From Klebsormidium nitens (Eukaryota > Plantae > Klebsormidiophyceae), in NCBI GenBank assembly GCA_000708835.1, contig DF237031.1, positions 162,423 through 226,422 of the forward strand: 64,000 nt of DNA, given 5' to 3'. Numbering within the stretch: position 1 is the first letter of the stretch; each line of letters begins with the position of its first letter. A program made the translations under genes and the position numbers. The notes below the pieces were generated by a model, which saw nothing but the letters and a program-made list of their open reading frames with translations, was not told the origin of the DNA and searched no databases. Below are positions 21,801 to 33,200 of this stretch, piece by piece.

Positions 21801-22880
21801 TGCTCAGAGAAGGTTGCCTTGGAATACGTCTGCATGCCACTTTTTGATACAGAGGACTGATGTCGCTTCGCTATCATAGGTGTGAAGAGTTCAAAGTAGC
21901 TTTCAAGGCTATGAAAGCCCCGAATTGTCTAGTTCAAACTGTTGCGGAGATGGCTTAACCAGACAAGTCCAAGTAAGCATTCAATTCAAAGTAGGAGAAT
22001 AATAACACAAGCATGTAGTTTCCAAAAGGAATGTGCTGCAACAGAACGCGAATTTGCCTGTAGAATGAGACAGCAAGACCAGTCATTGCCGAGATCGTGA
22101 CTAGGTGAATAACGATACTAGAAACCCACCTTCCTTGTCGGGAGTGAGACCGTATGGGAATGTCGGACCACGCACTGGTGGTTGGCTGCCTTCCATATTT
22201 TTTGTAGCGCTGAAAGTCCCGGTACTGAACGTAGCTCACGCCATTGCACTTCCACATCTGCACGGGAGTCAGATTCCTTTACAGATTATCGCACGAGACC
22301 CAACTTAAGGGCAAGTGCAAGAACCGGCTTCGGTCAATTTCATCTGATGCAGTTTCCAAACAAGCATTGGTCTTGTAGTCGGTGATAAATCGGCATTGCA
22401 TCACAGTGGACTTTGACTACTTGCGAGCTAGATCTGGTAAGTCTCGTCGAAATTGATCAACGCCTGTGCACCGCTGGATAGTGACCCTTAAATGGTGTGT
22501 GACCGAACGACACAGCTCATGTCCCCCGCATTGTAGTGAAGGAAAGTACGTATCAAAGAACCACAGCTCCCATTCTGAAGCCAGGCTGGCAATTTCCTTA
22601 CTATGGACTCCTTCATAAAAAGGATACGATCTTCTCTCAGCAGTGCCTAGTGCCTTCATCACAAGAGACAGGATTTTGATAAAAAAGAACAATCAAAGAT
22701 CTCTCTTACCTGCCGCTTGAGCTTTGCATCAGCCGCTTTCCCAGCCAAGAGCAGCCGCCTGGTAGCGACATAGAATTCATCTTGCTCGCCCATCCCGTGT
22801 GCAGGTTCCAGTAGCACTGCGTAGTAGTCTGGGTCCTGGCCTTTGGGCGCCAGCCCAGAAGCAGAGATGTCGACCTCCAT
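15865..22880 (-). CDS. WDR13: WD repeat-containing protein 13-like (plant type, ~498 aa)
   Basis: Minus-strand exons 22880-22710, 22257-22130, 21537-21477, 21189-21021, 20681-20544, 20191-20052, 19133-19086, 18237-17945, 17242-17121, 16315-16239, 16014-15865; GT-AG, phases consistent (1497 nt). Family motifs: WKCNGVSYVQYR, EPAYSFVGMQCIFD, DFDWSSNNEYLLSCSLDKTVRVW, RASFCPLLSLEKGEFIVTGNED, GHTAPVTDVSWNHGENFLASCD. Confidence 0.92.
18302..18405 (-). repeat. Degenerate intronic copy of the acceptor and 5' part of WDR13 exon 8
   Basis: A 33-nt identical core tttgtggttgacgcggcccgtgctgaaattgat occurs at 18202-18234 (exon) and 18356-18388 (intron). The flanks are diverged and the copy is frameshifted. 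Confidence 0.9.
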
Positions 22881-25031
22881 GGTCTAGGCAGGTGAACAAA
22901 GATGTTGATAAGACAATATGTCACTCAAAGGCGTGCAACTGCAGTGAAGATTGCAGTAACATATCCACAGCAATGGTTGGCTTTGGGAATCAGGCAGGTG
23001 GACCGGGGGCAGATGTCAGACGGGGCCCAATGCAGAAGCTTTGCCGAGCAGATTGCCCCAGATTCTTTGATTGCCCCATGTTCAGCAATGAATACCGGTA
23101 TACGTTCCACAACGTGTAAAAAAGTACAGACGGTCTTTATAGACTGCGACGCAGGACAGCGCGATGAAGGCCTATTGAGGCCCTCGTTAACCGAATTTGC
23201 GGCTGCGCCAGCCGAGCGACCCTGCTTTTAACGAAAGTAGGGAGCACCTTGCAAATAACAGAACCTTTGGAATTAATGACAAGAAGGAAGTAGTCTGCAA
23301 ATAACGTCGGAGTTCCTCGTTGTTGTCATCAAGTGACAATTCTCGAAAGCCTTCAATGTCCTTTGACAACCATCCCAGTGAAGGCAAAAGTTGCAACAGC
23401 AATGTGCCTTACCAATTTAATGCCCGGGCCGTTTGTCCAGAACAACCTGCACAGGGGTGCTCGCCTCCGCTTTTGCCCACGCTTCTTGTTAACCAATCTG
23501 CAATTGCTTGTTTCCCATGAATTGGTCAGAACGTCAATAAGAGCATAAACCCTAGCCCACCCCAGTTCAAATGCACTCCTCAAATGGACTTCTCACCATC
23601 TCATGTGCTCTTTAACGTTTGTGTGTAACAATCTTGGCTACAGAGAGCTACTCTATTGCGGTACAGTGCTGTGAATCATATGGTCATGGCAGCCTTGACA
23701 TATTCAACTTTCCTCTCCAGCCAGGTGAGTGTAACAACTGATAGCAAACTTCCAAATGGCTTTCGACAGATGCCTTCGGAGCGCAGGATGATAAAGCAGT
23801 ATCCTTTCTCAAAGCACAGAAAAATCTCAACATATGTTCCTTCGTCAGGGCCTGACAATTGGCAAAGGGAAAAATGGGGCTGGATGGCGCTTTACAAAAG
23901 CACCTGCTCACAATTGCTCCTTGCTTGCAGCTGGCATGCTGTTAACTCTATGTTGCTCCCTTCACTGCTTCAAAGTTCAGGCTCTAGAGTCTAGCTGCAG
24001 CTTTTGTTTGATCAGTGGCAGTGCTCAGCAGATCTTTGCAGGCGGCATTCAGAGCTTAATATACGGTTAAATTAACTGAGAATGCTCCATGAACCCTAAA
24101 AGCCTACCCAAATATGGGGGATGACACACATTAGCATTACAGCACAAGAAGCAGTTTTCTCCCTTGGTCGCCTAGGAGGAGCAGCGTAACGCACACGTTG
24201 TTTCCGCCGAAGCTTTCGTCCTAGGCGCCTACGTATAATAGGTAACATTTGTTGCCATATAAGGGGGACAGACTTGAGTATCATGTAGCATTCTTGCATG
24301 GTAGGCAAGCAGAAGAATGCTGCATTGCTACCTGGATCTGCTTAGGGCAGGAAGATTGGGGTGTATCTGAAGTGTGGGGCAGGGTTGAAAGGTGTCCACA
24401 TTGCACCACCATCCAGCTAGCTTAAGGCCTTTCAAGTGCCCGGCCATTTATTCTTACCGACTAATTGTGGCGCGCTGTCGACCGTCCTCTGACCAGAAAG
24501 CAGACAGAGAGCTGGTGCACTTGTTGAGAAAACCATCTGGCTGCAGCTGACGTCAGTGGCTGTTCGATGCAAGCGCAGGGACCAGCAACAACTTTGCCCC
24601 AGGTAAGAAACGCATTGAAGCTGCACCTCTTCGGACAGCACTTATGTACGCTCTCTAGCTCTCCTTAGTCAGGACAAATGTTGGACGCTCTATCTGCTTC
24701 CATGTTTTAAAACACCACAGACGTTAAGACTCCAGCTCCAGCTGCAAGCTGATCTTGCGGCGCCGCCGTCTAGCCCTGCACCGTGGCAGACGTTCAATCC
24801 AAATATACGATTCTGTGCATCATGTAAACTAGATCATTGTGGAGCCGGTTGATTGGCACCCTTTGAAGCCAAACAACTAAAATAGGTCTGTTGAGAAGTG
24901 TTTCCTAGCCCCGCAATATGTTCATGTGAGAGGCTCAGACAGAACCTTTTGGCGCACAAACTTAGGAAGGCAAAGGGGATCCCTGTTCGTATAGCACTGG
25001 ATTGCCCCATCGTTGTCGGATTGCCCCACAG

Positions 25032-26258
25032 GTTTGAAGTTTGTTACAACAGCAGAGTTGAAGCGGGATCCTCAAGGAACCATGACCAACTTCGCCAATG
25101 TCCGTCTTGCAACCCACAGCATCGGCCCCCACTCTGGCGACACTGCAGCGATAATCCAAGCACTCCGCATCTTTCTGGAACTGCTCGCAGAACCCGGCTT
25201 CCTGAATGTTTGCCTGCTGTGCTTGTGCATTACTTCATGATGCAGCAGCTTGCGTGCAGACGAATGGGCGCGCTGAAGTCTGGAAGCCGAGGCGGACGAC
25301 TAAGTGTACGAAGACCACACAGAGGTGTGGCAGGCCGCCGACTTGCCGGCCTCAATCATGGACCTGGTGCAGTACAACGAGGAGATCCAGACTTTTCTGT
25401 GCACCAGGTCAAATTCAGGCCACTGAAGCTCAGCTCCAATATGGTGAGCGCGTTCAAATCCCGCTTGTTAACGTTAGGAGCGTGAAGGCATACGATGTTC
25501 AAAGTGAATGGACACTGTTCCATTTGGTTTGTCAAGAGAAGCTGTTGAGCATTTGCCTGAAGGAAGTATGAATGTTGTCTGGCGTCACTGAAGTTGCAAT
25601 GAGGTGTCAGCGATAAAAGCGTTTGAAAAGGGATGACATTGCTGACCACGGATGTTCAGCCTTTCTGGGGGAGTGCCGTGACTCGTGGCCCGCTGTGCTA
25701 GGTTCTTGGCATGCGCAGGCGTTTGTAGAAAGTCGGATGTCCTTCTCCTGTGAAAAAGCCAGAGCACTTAGTGTTCCAAAGAGTGTCTTCTACGGGTCAA
25801 CCACGACTTCCTGTTCAGAAGCTGATTCTTTCTAAGGTATTCCCTCCCCTTGCTGCTGTCGGGTTGGTTCCTCCGACTGCACCCAATGGCTTCTTTCTTC
25901 GCGTTCTCAGAGGGCAAGGTGAAGTCTTAAGCTTTTAGCTAGCCTTACTCAAAAAAACAAATATAGATTCTGGCGATTCTGATGGCTCTTTCTGATGCTG
26001 TCCTCTTCTGTCCTTATCTGCAGACGTACCACGTCCAACCAACTGGCATCCCAAGCGGTCTAAAATCAGAACATCATCGAAGATCGACATCCAGACGCGC
26101 AACACTTCTCCGCTATTCGACGGGTGCACCTCCGACCGACACAAGACCAAGTAGGAGGGCAAGCTCGTCGCCGCGCAGTCGGCTCAAGTACGCCGCGCTT
26201 GAAGCCACCCGCCCAATTGTGCTTCCCGGCGTGGTCACCATGACTTCGTGGCTGTTCG
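25032..26258 (+). pseudogene. Probable spliced pseudogene of an unidentified family (may extend to ~28958)
   Basis: Exon-like blocks lie at ~25032-25200, 25260-25407 and 26024-26258; the latter two are AG/GT-bounded and GC3-rich. Block 2 reads DEWAR*SLEAEADD*VYEDHTEVWQAADLPASIMDLVQYNEEIQTFLCTR (TGA 25274, TAA 25301). Block 3 has TAG at 26152 and a frameshift before LKYAALEATRPIVLPGVVTMTSWLF. The family is not recognised. Confidence 0.45.
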
Positions 26259-29200
26259 GTGAGTGCTTGCACTCGCTCTTTGAAAGAGTCAGCATTTTAA
26301 TGCCAGCCACATCGGAGCACTGGAACCCGCTAGTGTGCAGTATTTGGTTGATAAAAACATCCCCTCCTTAATTTCGGAGGTTTTCGCCTCGTGCAGCTCC
26401 GTGTCGCAGACCTTGTGCGAAGTGAGCCATAGTCTGCCAAAAGTGCCACATTCCCGCGGCCTGCAGGAAACACTCTTCCTGGTCTACGGTTTCCGCTCCT
26501 CGTTTCTATCTGAAAATGTCTGCACATTCCGTCCGCTGATTTTGCAACGAGTGCCTGCTGAGGCCAGAGGGCTCGGGAACTTTGGAATTGACCGGAAGTT
26601 CTTTGAAACGCCACGTTCCACTGCTCAATTTGAAAATGCTCTGCCTTCTATTAGTAACTGTTATTTTGCTGCTGTTGTACAACCTTCGGACCTATATGGC
26701 AGAGTAGTTCTTCGCTTGTGGTCTGTGATCCAACTGTGATGCCCCTTGGCTAAGGAGAAAGTGACGCCTGCCCAGTTGAGCTCGTTTTGGCAGACAGCTC
26801 CGCCCAAGCAACCCCGAAAGCCCCCCCACCTAGTTGCCATCATTGATCCCTGATTGCTGTCCGGCTCGAAATCTGTATATTTCCGCTCGATGTCTGGAAG
26901 TTTATTGCTCACCACGGGCAGCTTTGACGTCTGCCAAGTGGGGTATGACAATAATCTTTGAAGCTGCGATGCTCAGAAGCCTAGGAACCCCCAGCCGCTT
27001 CGGTTCTGCTTGCATTGCTCCGTTTCGCCTGTTTCTGTATGCTTAGTCATATGAGCCATCCAGATACTGATCTCAATGCTGACCACAACTGCGTCCTTCC
27101 CCAATGGGAACTTCGTTGAAGGCTCAGCTCTAATGTGTCTGGACTCACAGTTCGTTCCAGCGCCGTATCCTTATATGTAGAACCATTTCCCAGACGGAGT
27201 TGTCATACCTCATCAAACCCATCTGATTCCGATTGTTTTCTTTTGCAGCACCTGCCAGGAAGGATTTACGATAGCAGTGAGCATATGCACTGGAGCCGCA
27301 GTGACAGACTCGCAACCCAAGTGCAGGGGCAGGCGGCATCTAGGCGACTTGTGCTTTATGATCAAGGTAAGTTCGAAGGTGATCTCTGAAGCAGAGCAGC
27401 AACTCAGTTGAATCGACCAGGAAACGACTGCGATTGTGTATCTGTCTAAGATATAGGGCCTCTGCTAGTAGTCCAATTGCGAACCGGCTTAGAGTATTCA
27501 GCCGCGTCGTTATTGAAATTCAAACGAAAACGTCAAGGGAAAGCCAAATGCAGAATTTTAAACGGGTAAAGCGGCAGTAGGGCAAACACGTGAGTCAGCG
27601 CTTTGAGAGAAGGAGCTTTACATCAGGCGAAACTTGATTCAGACCCGTGTTGAATTTTTTTGGTTAGACAACAAGCGCAAAGCACGGCAAGGAAGGGAGC
27701 CTCGAAAGAGTTTAGTCATCAGCCATATGCTTGGCGCCAAATGCCCCGACACTTGCGATGCGACTACTTGAGAACCCATAAGATAAAGCGTAAATTCGTG
27801 CTCGCAGGTGGCCGTGCATTTGCATAAAGACATTTTCGAGCGCACTTCCAAGCAGGCAGTTCGCTAATGCGGCAAGACGTTGTCTGTAAGGGTTCACCGT
27901 CATGCGAACTCTATATTTGGTGTCATCATTCTTGTACATATCAGCTCGAGTCACCACGGGATTGATCTTCAACCTCACGTGCGATTCTTTCTTCCTTGCG
28001 ATGCAATGTGTTGCATTTCTCATCTTGCCAATCCGTTTGTGTTGCATCTTCATCTTTCCCAATCCGTTTGCTTCAGCTGGCCAGTGTTGTCGCCGAAGCT
28101 GCCCAGTGTCCTCACCGCAGAAGCTTTGAATATTCATGATTTATGTCAACACTCGACTCCAAAACTCTCAAAAACGCTGACAACAAGGATCCCTGGAAGG
28201 AACTCACTCGGCTCCAGCACTCTGATCCCCTTTATTTTGATCTCGGCAGTCCCTTTCACTGTTTCAGTCGCGGTCCGAATTACAATGAAAATACGGTCAT
28301 ACCGTACTCATACGGATTCCGACGTCATTCGCTGACCGGTCGCGATCAATGCGTCTCGGCCATACATACCGCAATCATAGGGTGTATGGAAATGATTATT
28401 GGCGAATGGTCGGGCAGAAGTTGAACTAGGTTTCAATCCGGCCAACGTTTGCGGCTTGATGGTGACATCATTTTACACATACCCGAGGGCTGACTCCTGA
28501 GGGCCGCCTGGCCCACTCAACTGGTATACGAGGATGATTGGTACCTAAATGGAGCTGAATGGGATGGGTAAGGTTAGTCTGGTGGGTTAGTGGGAAAAAG
28601 GATGCGTATAGCAGGAACTCAGGTGGGGTTAGAGCCTTTTATGTTAATCGGAGCTCATTACTGTTTTCTTGGCTGAGCATTGAGCATCATCATTCCCTTG
28701 CAATTCTCGATGTCGTACTTATGGTTGGTCCAAACCCAAATTTTCGGACGTACTTTCCGGGTGATCAATGCCGTGACCCGTCGGCTCTCAGTTGTCGGAC
28801 TCGGAGAGTGGCCGCGAATACCGGACGCCATCGTTTACCACAAACCCGGTTACAAGCGGCTAAATCCTCCCACTAAGTACGGTAAGTTCATCCCAGAATC
28901 AGTCCTGGCGTCCCAGCCAAAGCAAGAAGACGTGGCCACCGCTCAGGCTTCTGTCTGATTGAAATGCTGCATGACGTGATCATATCTGTTATAAACCGGT
29001 AGAAGCTACCAATCTGCAGCCGTCAAAATCGTTTGAAGGATGAGAAGGACCATGCAGAAGTTGAGGACCGTTCTACGGGTAAGGTACTAAGTTAGTCTTC
29101 AGAAGAGCGCCAGAGGGGCGCCGTAGGGGCGCATCGGCAGCGCCTCAAGAGATTTATAGGACACATTGTCGCAAGTACAACTGAGTATACAGAGTTATGC

Positions 29201-30266
29201 GACGTGTCAGGTTCCCACCTCGCTTCCACCATTGCGCCGCCGGCCGTGACAGCCTATTGACACTCCAGACTCTTGTGTTAAGTGTTCAGATCTTGAGTCA
29301 GTTTTATTCCCTAATGCCGTCCTTGTAAGACTTTCAGAAAAGTTTCCTTCCGCACAGTGACAAGTCTGGCTGACTTGGCTGGTGGCTGCCACTGAGTAGA
29401 TCTCACAAGAAAGTAGCTTCAAATTTTCGCTCTTAAGACTCCAAAGGGGTTCTGGTCTTCACCGCAGCACAAACAGGTTAGTAGCAAGCTGGCAATGCCC
29501 AAGCAATGTCCACCTGCTGATTGCCAACTGTAGTTTCGAAAGGGCTCACAAGGCCTGACTTAGAAAAGCTGATCTTCCAAGCAGTATTCTCGGATACTGA
29601 ATGTGAATTGTCTCTAAGTTTTTTTGAAGATTGTCCATTTTGCAGGTCCAGGTTCATGTTTTTGGAATGCTTCAACTCGAAAGTAGCACACAGGAGTGCA
29701 TTTTCATTGTCATCCTTTCAGATTCTGCCTGAGCAAGTGAACAAATTCTTATGTTGGGACTTTGTTCAAACTATATAGAGACTGGGCCGCGGTTTTTGGG
29801 TCAGTAGTAATGCTCTAAGCTCAAGCATGAGGAATGCACTAAGAAAGAGCCTTCAACTTGAGGAAGGACTCTTGGAGGGCTGTGTGCGTTGTACATAGAG
29901 CAGGGCTGTCTTGCATCATGTAGAGCATGTGACCACTGTTCGTAAGCGCTCTGCATCAAGCTAGTATGGGGCAGACGATCAACGTGCAAAGACAAGAAAG
30001 GTCTGGTTCATGTTCTTAGTTCAGCTTGCCACATTGACTCTCCATACCTTTTGAGGCTCATGCTGTTTTGCACCTACGAGTGCAGGGGTTAATCGCACGG
30101 ATCCTAAAGCATTGCCAAACTGCATTTCCTGACCCAGCACCTCATTCTGTGCAGTGTTCAAGGTTATTGGCCTTTCACCGCCCTCTTGATGCCAATCCTC
30201 TCCTTAGCGGTTCATTCAGCCCTCCTGTTCTCGCAGGTTTGACCTAGCCTTTTGACCAAGAGAGAC

Positions 30267-33200
30267 ATGGCTCCCTGCACTCTTTTTTCTGGCCCCACTT
30301 CAGCCAACGTGCCGATCATACATCCCAAACCAACGGATGTTGTCATCATTGGAGCGGGTCCTGGGGGGCTCCTCTTAGCGCTGTACTTGCTGGAGAAGGG
30401 GCAGGGAAGGTTCAAGGTGTCCATCCATGAAGCACGGGAGGATCCAAGGGAAACCTTGAAGCGGCCGCCTTCTCCACGAAGGTGATCTTCCTTGCTAGAC
30501 CACACTCCTCGTCACGCTTGAAAATGTTGATGTAGGTTTGCTGCTGTCTGATCATTGTGGGATTTGGCAGATTGTGGACAAGCCTGTGTCCTCCGTCGGT
30601 TTTCAAGAAAAGCCCGAATTGCACAACGTTGAAACCTGGTTCAATTTGTCAGCTGGTTGAATCCCAGGAGATCTCAGTTTCTGTGAAGGGTTGTTGGAGA
30701 ATAGGCCATGCAGATCCAAGTATCACTGGTCCACTTCAGACGTGTTGCTGATGAGAAACAGCTATGAGACAGACTTGTGGGAGCCAAAGTTTATTCAGAA
30801 TCTTGTCACAGAGATGCCGAAAGTGGACGTCACCTGTGAGTGCTTGGAGATATGTTGGAACGTGACACCTGTGGGGATTTCTTGATAAGGTCTCCCCTTT
30901 CCCGCTGGCAGGTCCCCTCTAGGTATTTGGCACCGGGGGCTGGCAGCACTTCAGAGGATAGAGGGCTTATGGCCACGGGTCAATGTAAGACGCTTCTTGC
31001 ACTTATAGCAAACTGCATCTTGTCTGGATAAGGTTTATAATATGCATGAGCAAGTTCGCAAGTGCCAGCTCTGGCCAACTTCGGGTTTTCAAATGCTTGA
31101 CACAAAGGAAAGACATTTGATGTGCATTAGTCACCTTTAGCTTTGACATTGAGCTTCCTTTGTATGGTCAAGACGTGGAGGATTGGTCCTTGGACTTTGA
31201 CCGTAAAAATATGAAGGGCTCTTCGAACCAGTGGTGATAAGAAGAAAGTTGTGCAAATATGAGTGGCTGCATCTCCATGCTTCAGGTGATCGAAGAGATT
31301 GTCGCCTGGTTGAATTGCCGCCGCCATGGCCTAGCACCGCTCTTCTTGAAATTAACACTTTGATTGCTTGGATGTGAAACAGAATCTAGTTCGAGCATGG
31401 CTTCTAAGTCCTTCTTCCTCTCCAGTAAGCTTTCGTAGCGTTCAATATGTGACGACTCGGAGTCAACACTCCAAGCGCTATGCTTGATATTATCAAGGCT
31501 AAGAGGAGGAACGCTAATGATTTTCACTACAGGTCTGAAACGTCATTTATTTCCATCTTCCGCAGGCTGTAGGGGCCCCGGCGTTTGTGTGCAAAGTGTG
31601 GGTTCTGGGAAGATTCTTGTCCGTTCCACATCGCGCAGAGGACAGCCCGAAGATCGTCACGGACCGTTGCGCCTTGTGTGCCGCAATGATGGACCTTCTC
31701 CTTGCAAGGTAAACCCCAGCGCGCTGCATTCACCGATTTCTCTTCAGTGATGAAAGAATAGATCGGGTCGGCCGGATTTGTACTCATTTGGGTGATTCTT
31801 TAGATAACGAGTCAGAGGAAAACCTTGCAAAAGCCCCAAGGAACTTCAAAAGAGTGTGCACTTAGAATAGCTTTGAACAAGACCGGGAAATCTGTTCTGA
31901 AAAGTCGAGGTCTGAACCAAGGGGAGACCGCTCCCTGCCTGAGAGGTGCTGCTGGTTTAGCGCTTCTTGGCTCCACTTTGTTCCAGTCACCCAAACTAAG
32001 CCTAAACAAAGTCGTTAACCAGCTTCTGAACTGCTCTGGCTGAAAAGTGTTCTTTGGTTTGACGAGGTAAGGGCTGGGTCAGCATATGCTCGTATCAGAG
32101 TCTTGCAAGATCAGACTGTCCACTGAAATGTCAGACATAAGCACAAGTGTCGACCATTCCGCTTTTCCTTCGGGCAGATCCGGCGCTTTGGACATCACAG
32201 TCAGCAATGAGCTGGAACATCACACGTCCACGCACCGAAAGAGTCCTGTAAGATCACGAAGCTTTGCTTGGATCAATCAGAGCCGTCGATTGCCAGAAAA
32301 CCCTGTCGACCGTTCCGTTTTCCGTTCAGGTACGGCGGATCTGGCCTCTTGGACATCACGTTCGACCAGCGGTGCACCTCGGTCGACCTCCGGACACGCT
32401 CCGTAACTTTTGCCGCTCCCGCTCCTTCCGCGGACCGAAACTCAGAAGGGCAGCCGGGACCGGATCAGGCCAGTGATGTCGGGGAGTGGAACCGTACGAA
32501 CGGAACCGGAATCACCAAGCGATATGATCTGATCGTGGGTGCTGACGGGGTGCACTCCGTGGTTCGACAGGGCATTGTGCAGTCGACGAGAAGGTAAGAG
32601 CGAGAGAACACATATGATTTCACGAAACGTGGTTACGACTCTCGCTTTGCATATGGACGCTTTGTAAGGGTGCTGTGTGGATTGGGAGACTAATGTGAGT
32701 TCGTCGGCTGAAAAATTCAGAAGGCAACGTTGCACATTCACAAGGGTCCCAGGATTTCTGGGGAGTTGCAGCACTCGGAACGGAGAATGCGTATGTGTGT
32801 TCTTCCGAAATTTCCATGGAAAGGAACTCCCCCCGAGCTTCCTAACATTTTGATAAGCATCTGAACAGCCCACAAGCTGAACCAGTTTAGATGCGGCCTG
32901 AAAAGTCTTGTTTTCTGTCCGCTTTGATTTGGATCTCTAGAAAAGTGGGACCTGTTTCCGGCCTTCTATCAAGTTAAATTAGCAGCTGGAGAAGAACTGG
33001 ACTGTTCATCAGCTGACTTGAATCCAGATTGCCAACCCTGGATGCTGGTTTCTGCTCCAGGAAACTGGCGGCAGTGTCACGATCAAAGAGCGATCCAAAA
33101 AAAACTGTAAGACCTGGTGCGGGCGACCTTAACGTCCGAACCGCTCGCTTTGCAGGTTCGACTTCGAGCAGCGAGACATTGGCTGGGAGTGGCTGGTAAC

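Noticed and set aside
23799-23807. GTATCCTTT, a U12-type donor consensus
   Set aside because: It is not attached to any modelled exon, and no matching U12 branch site or acceptor was identified.
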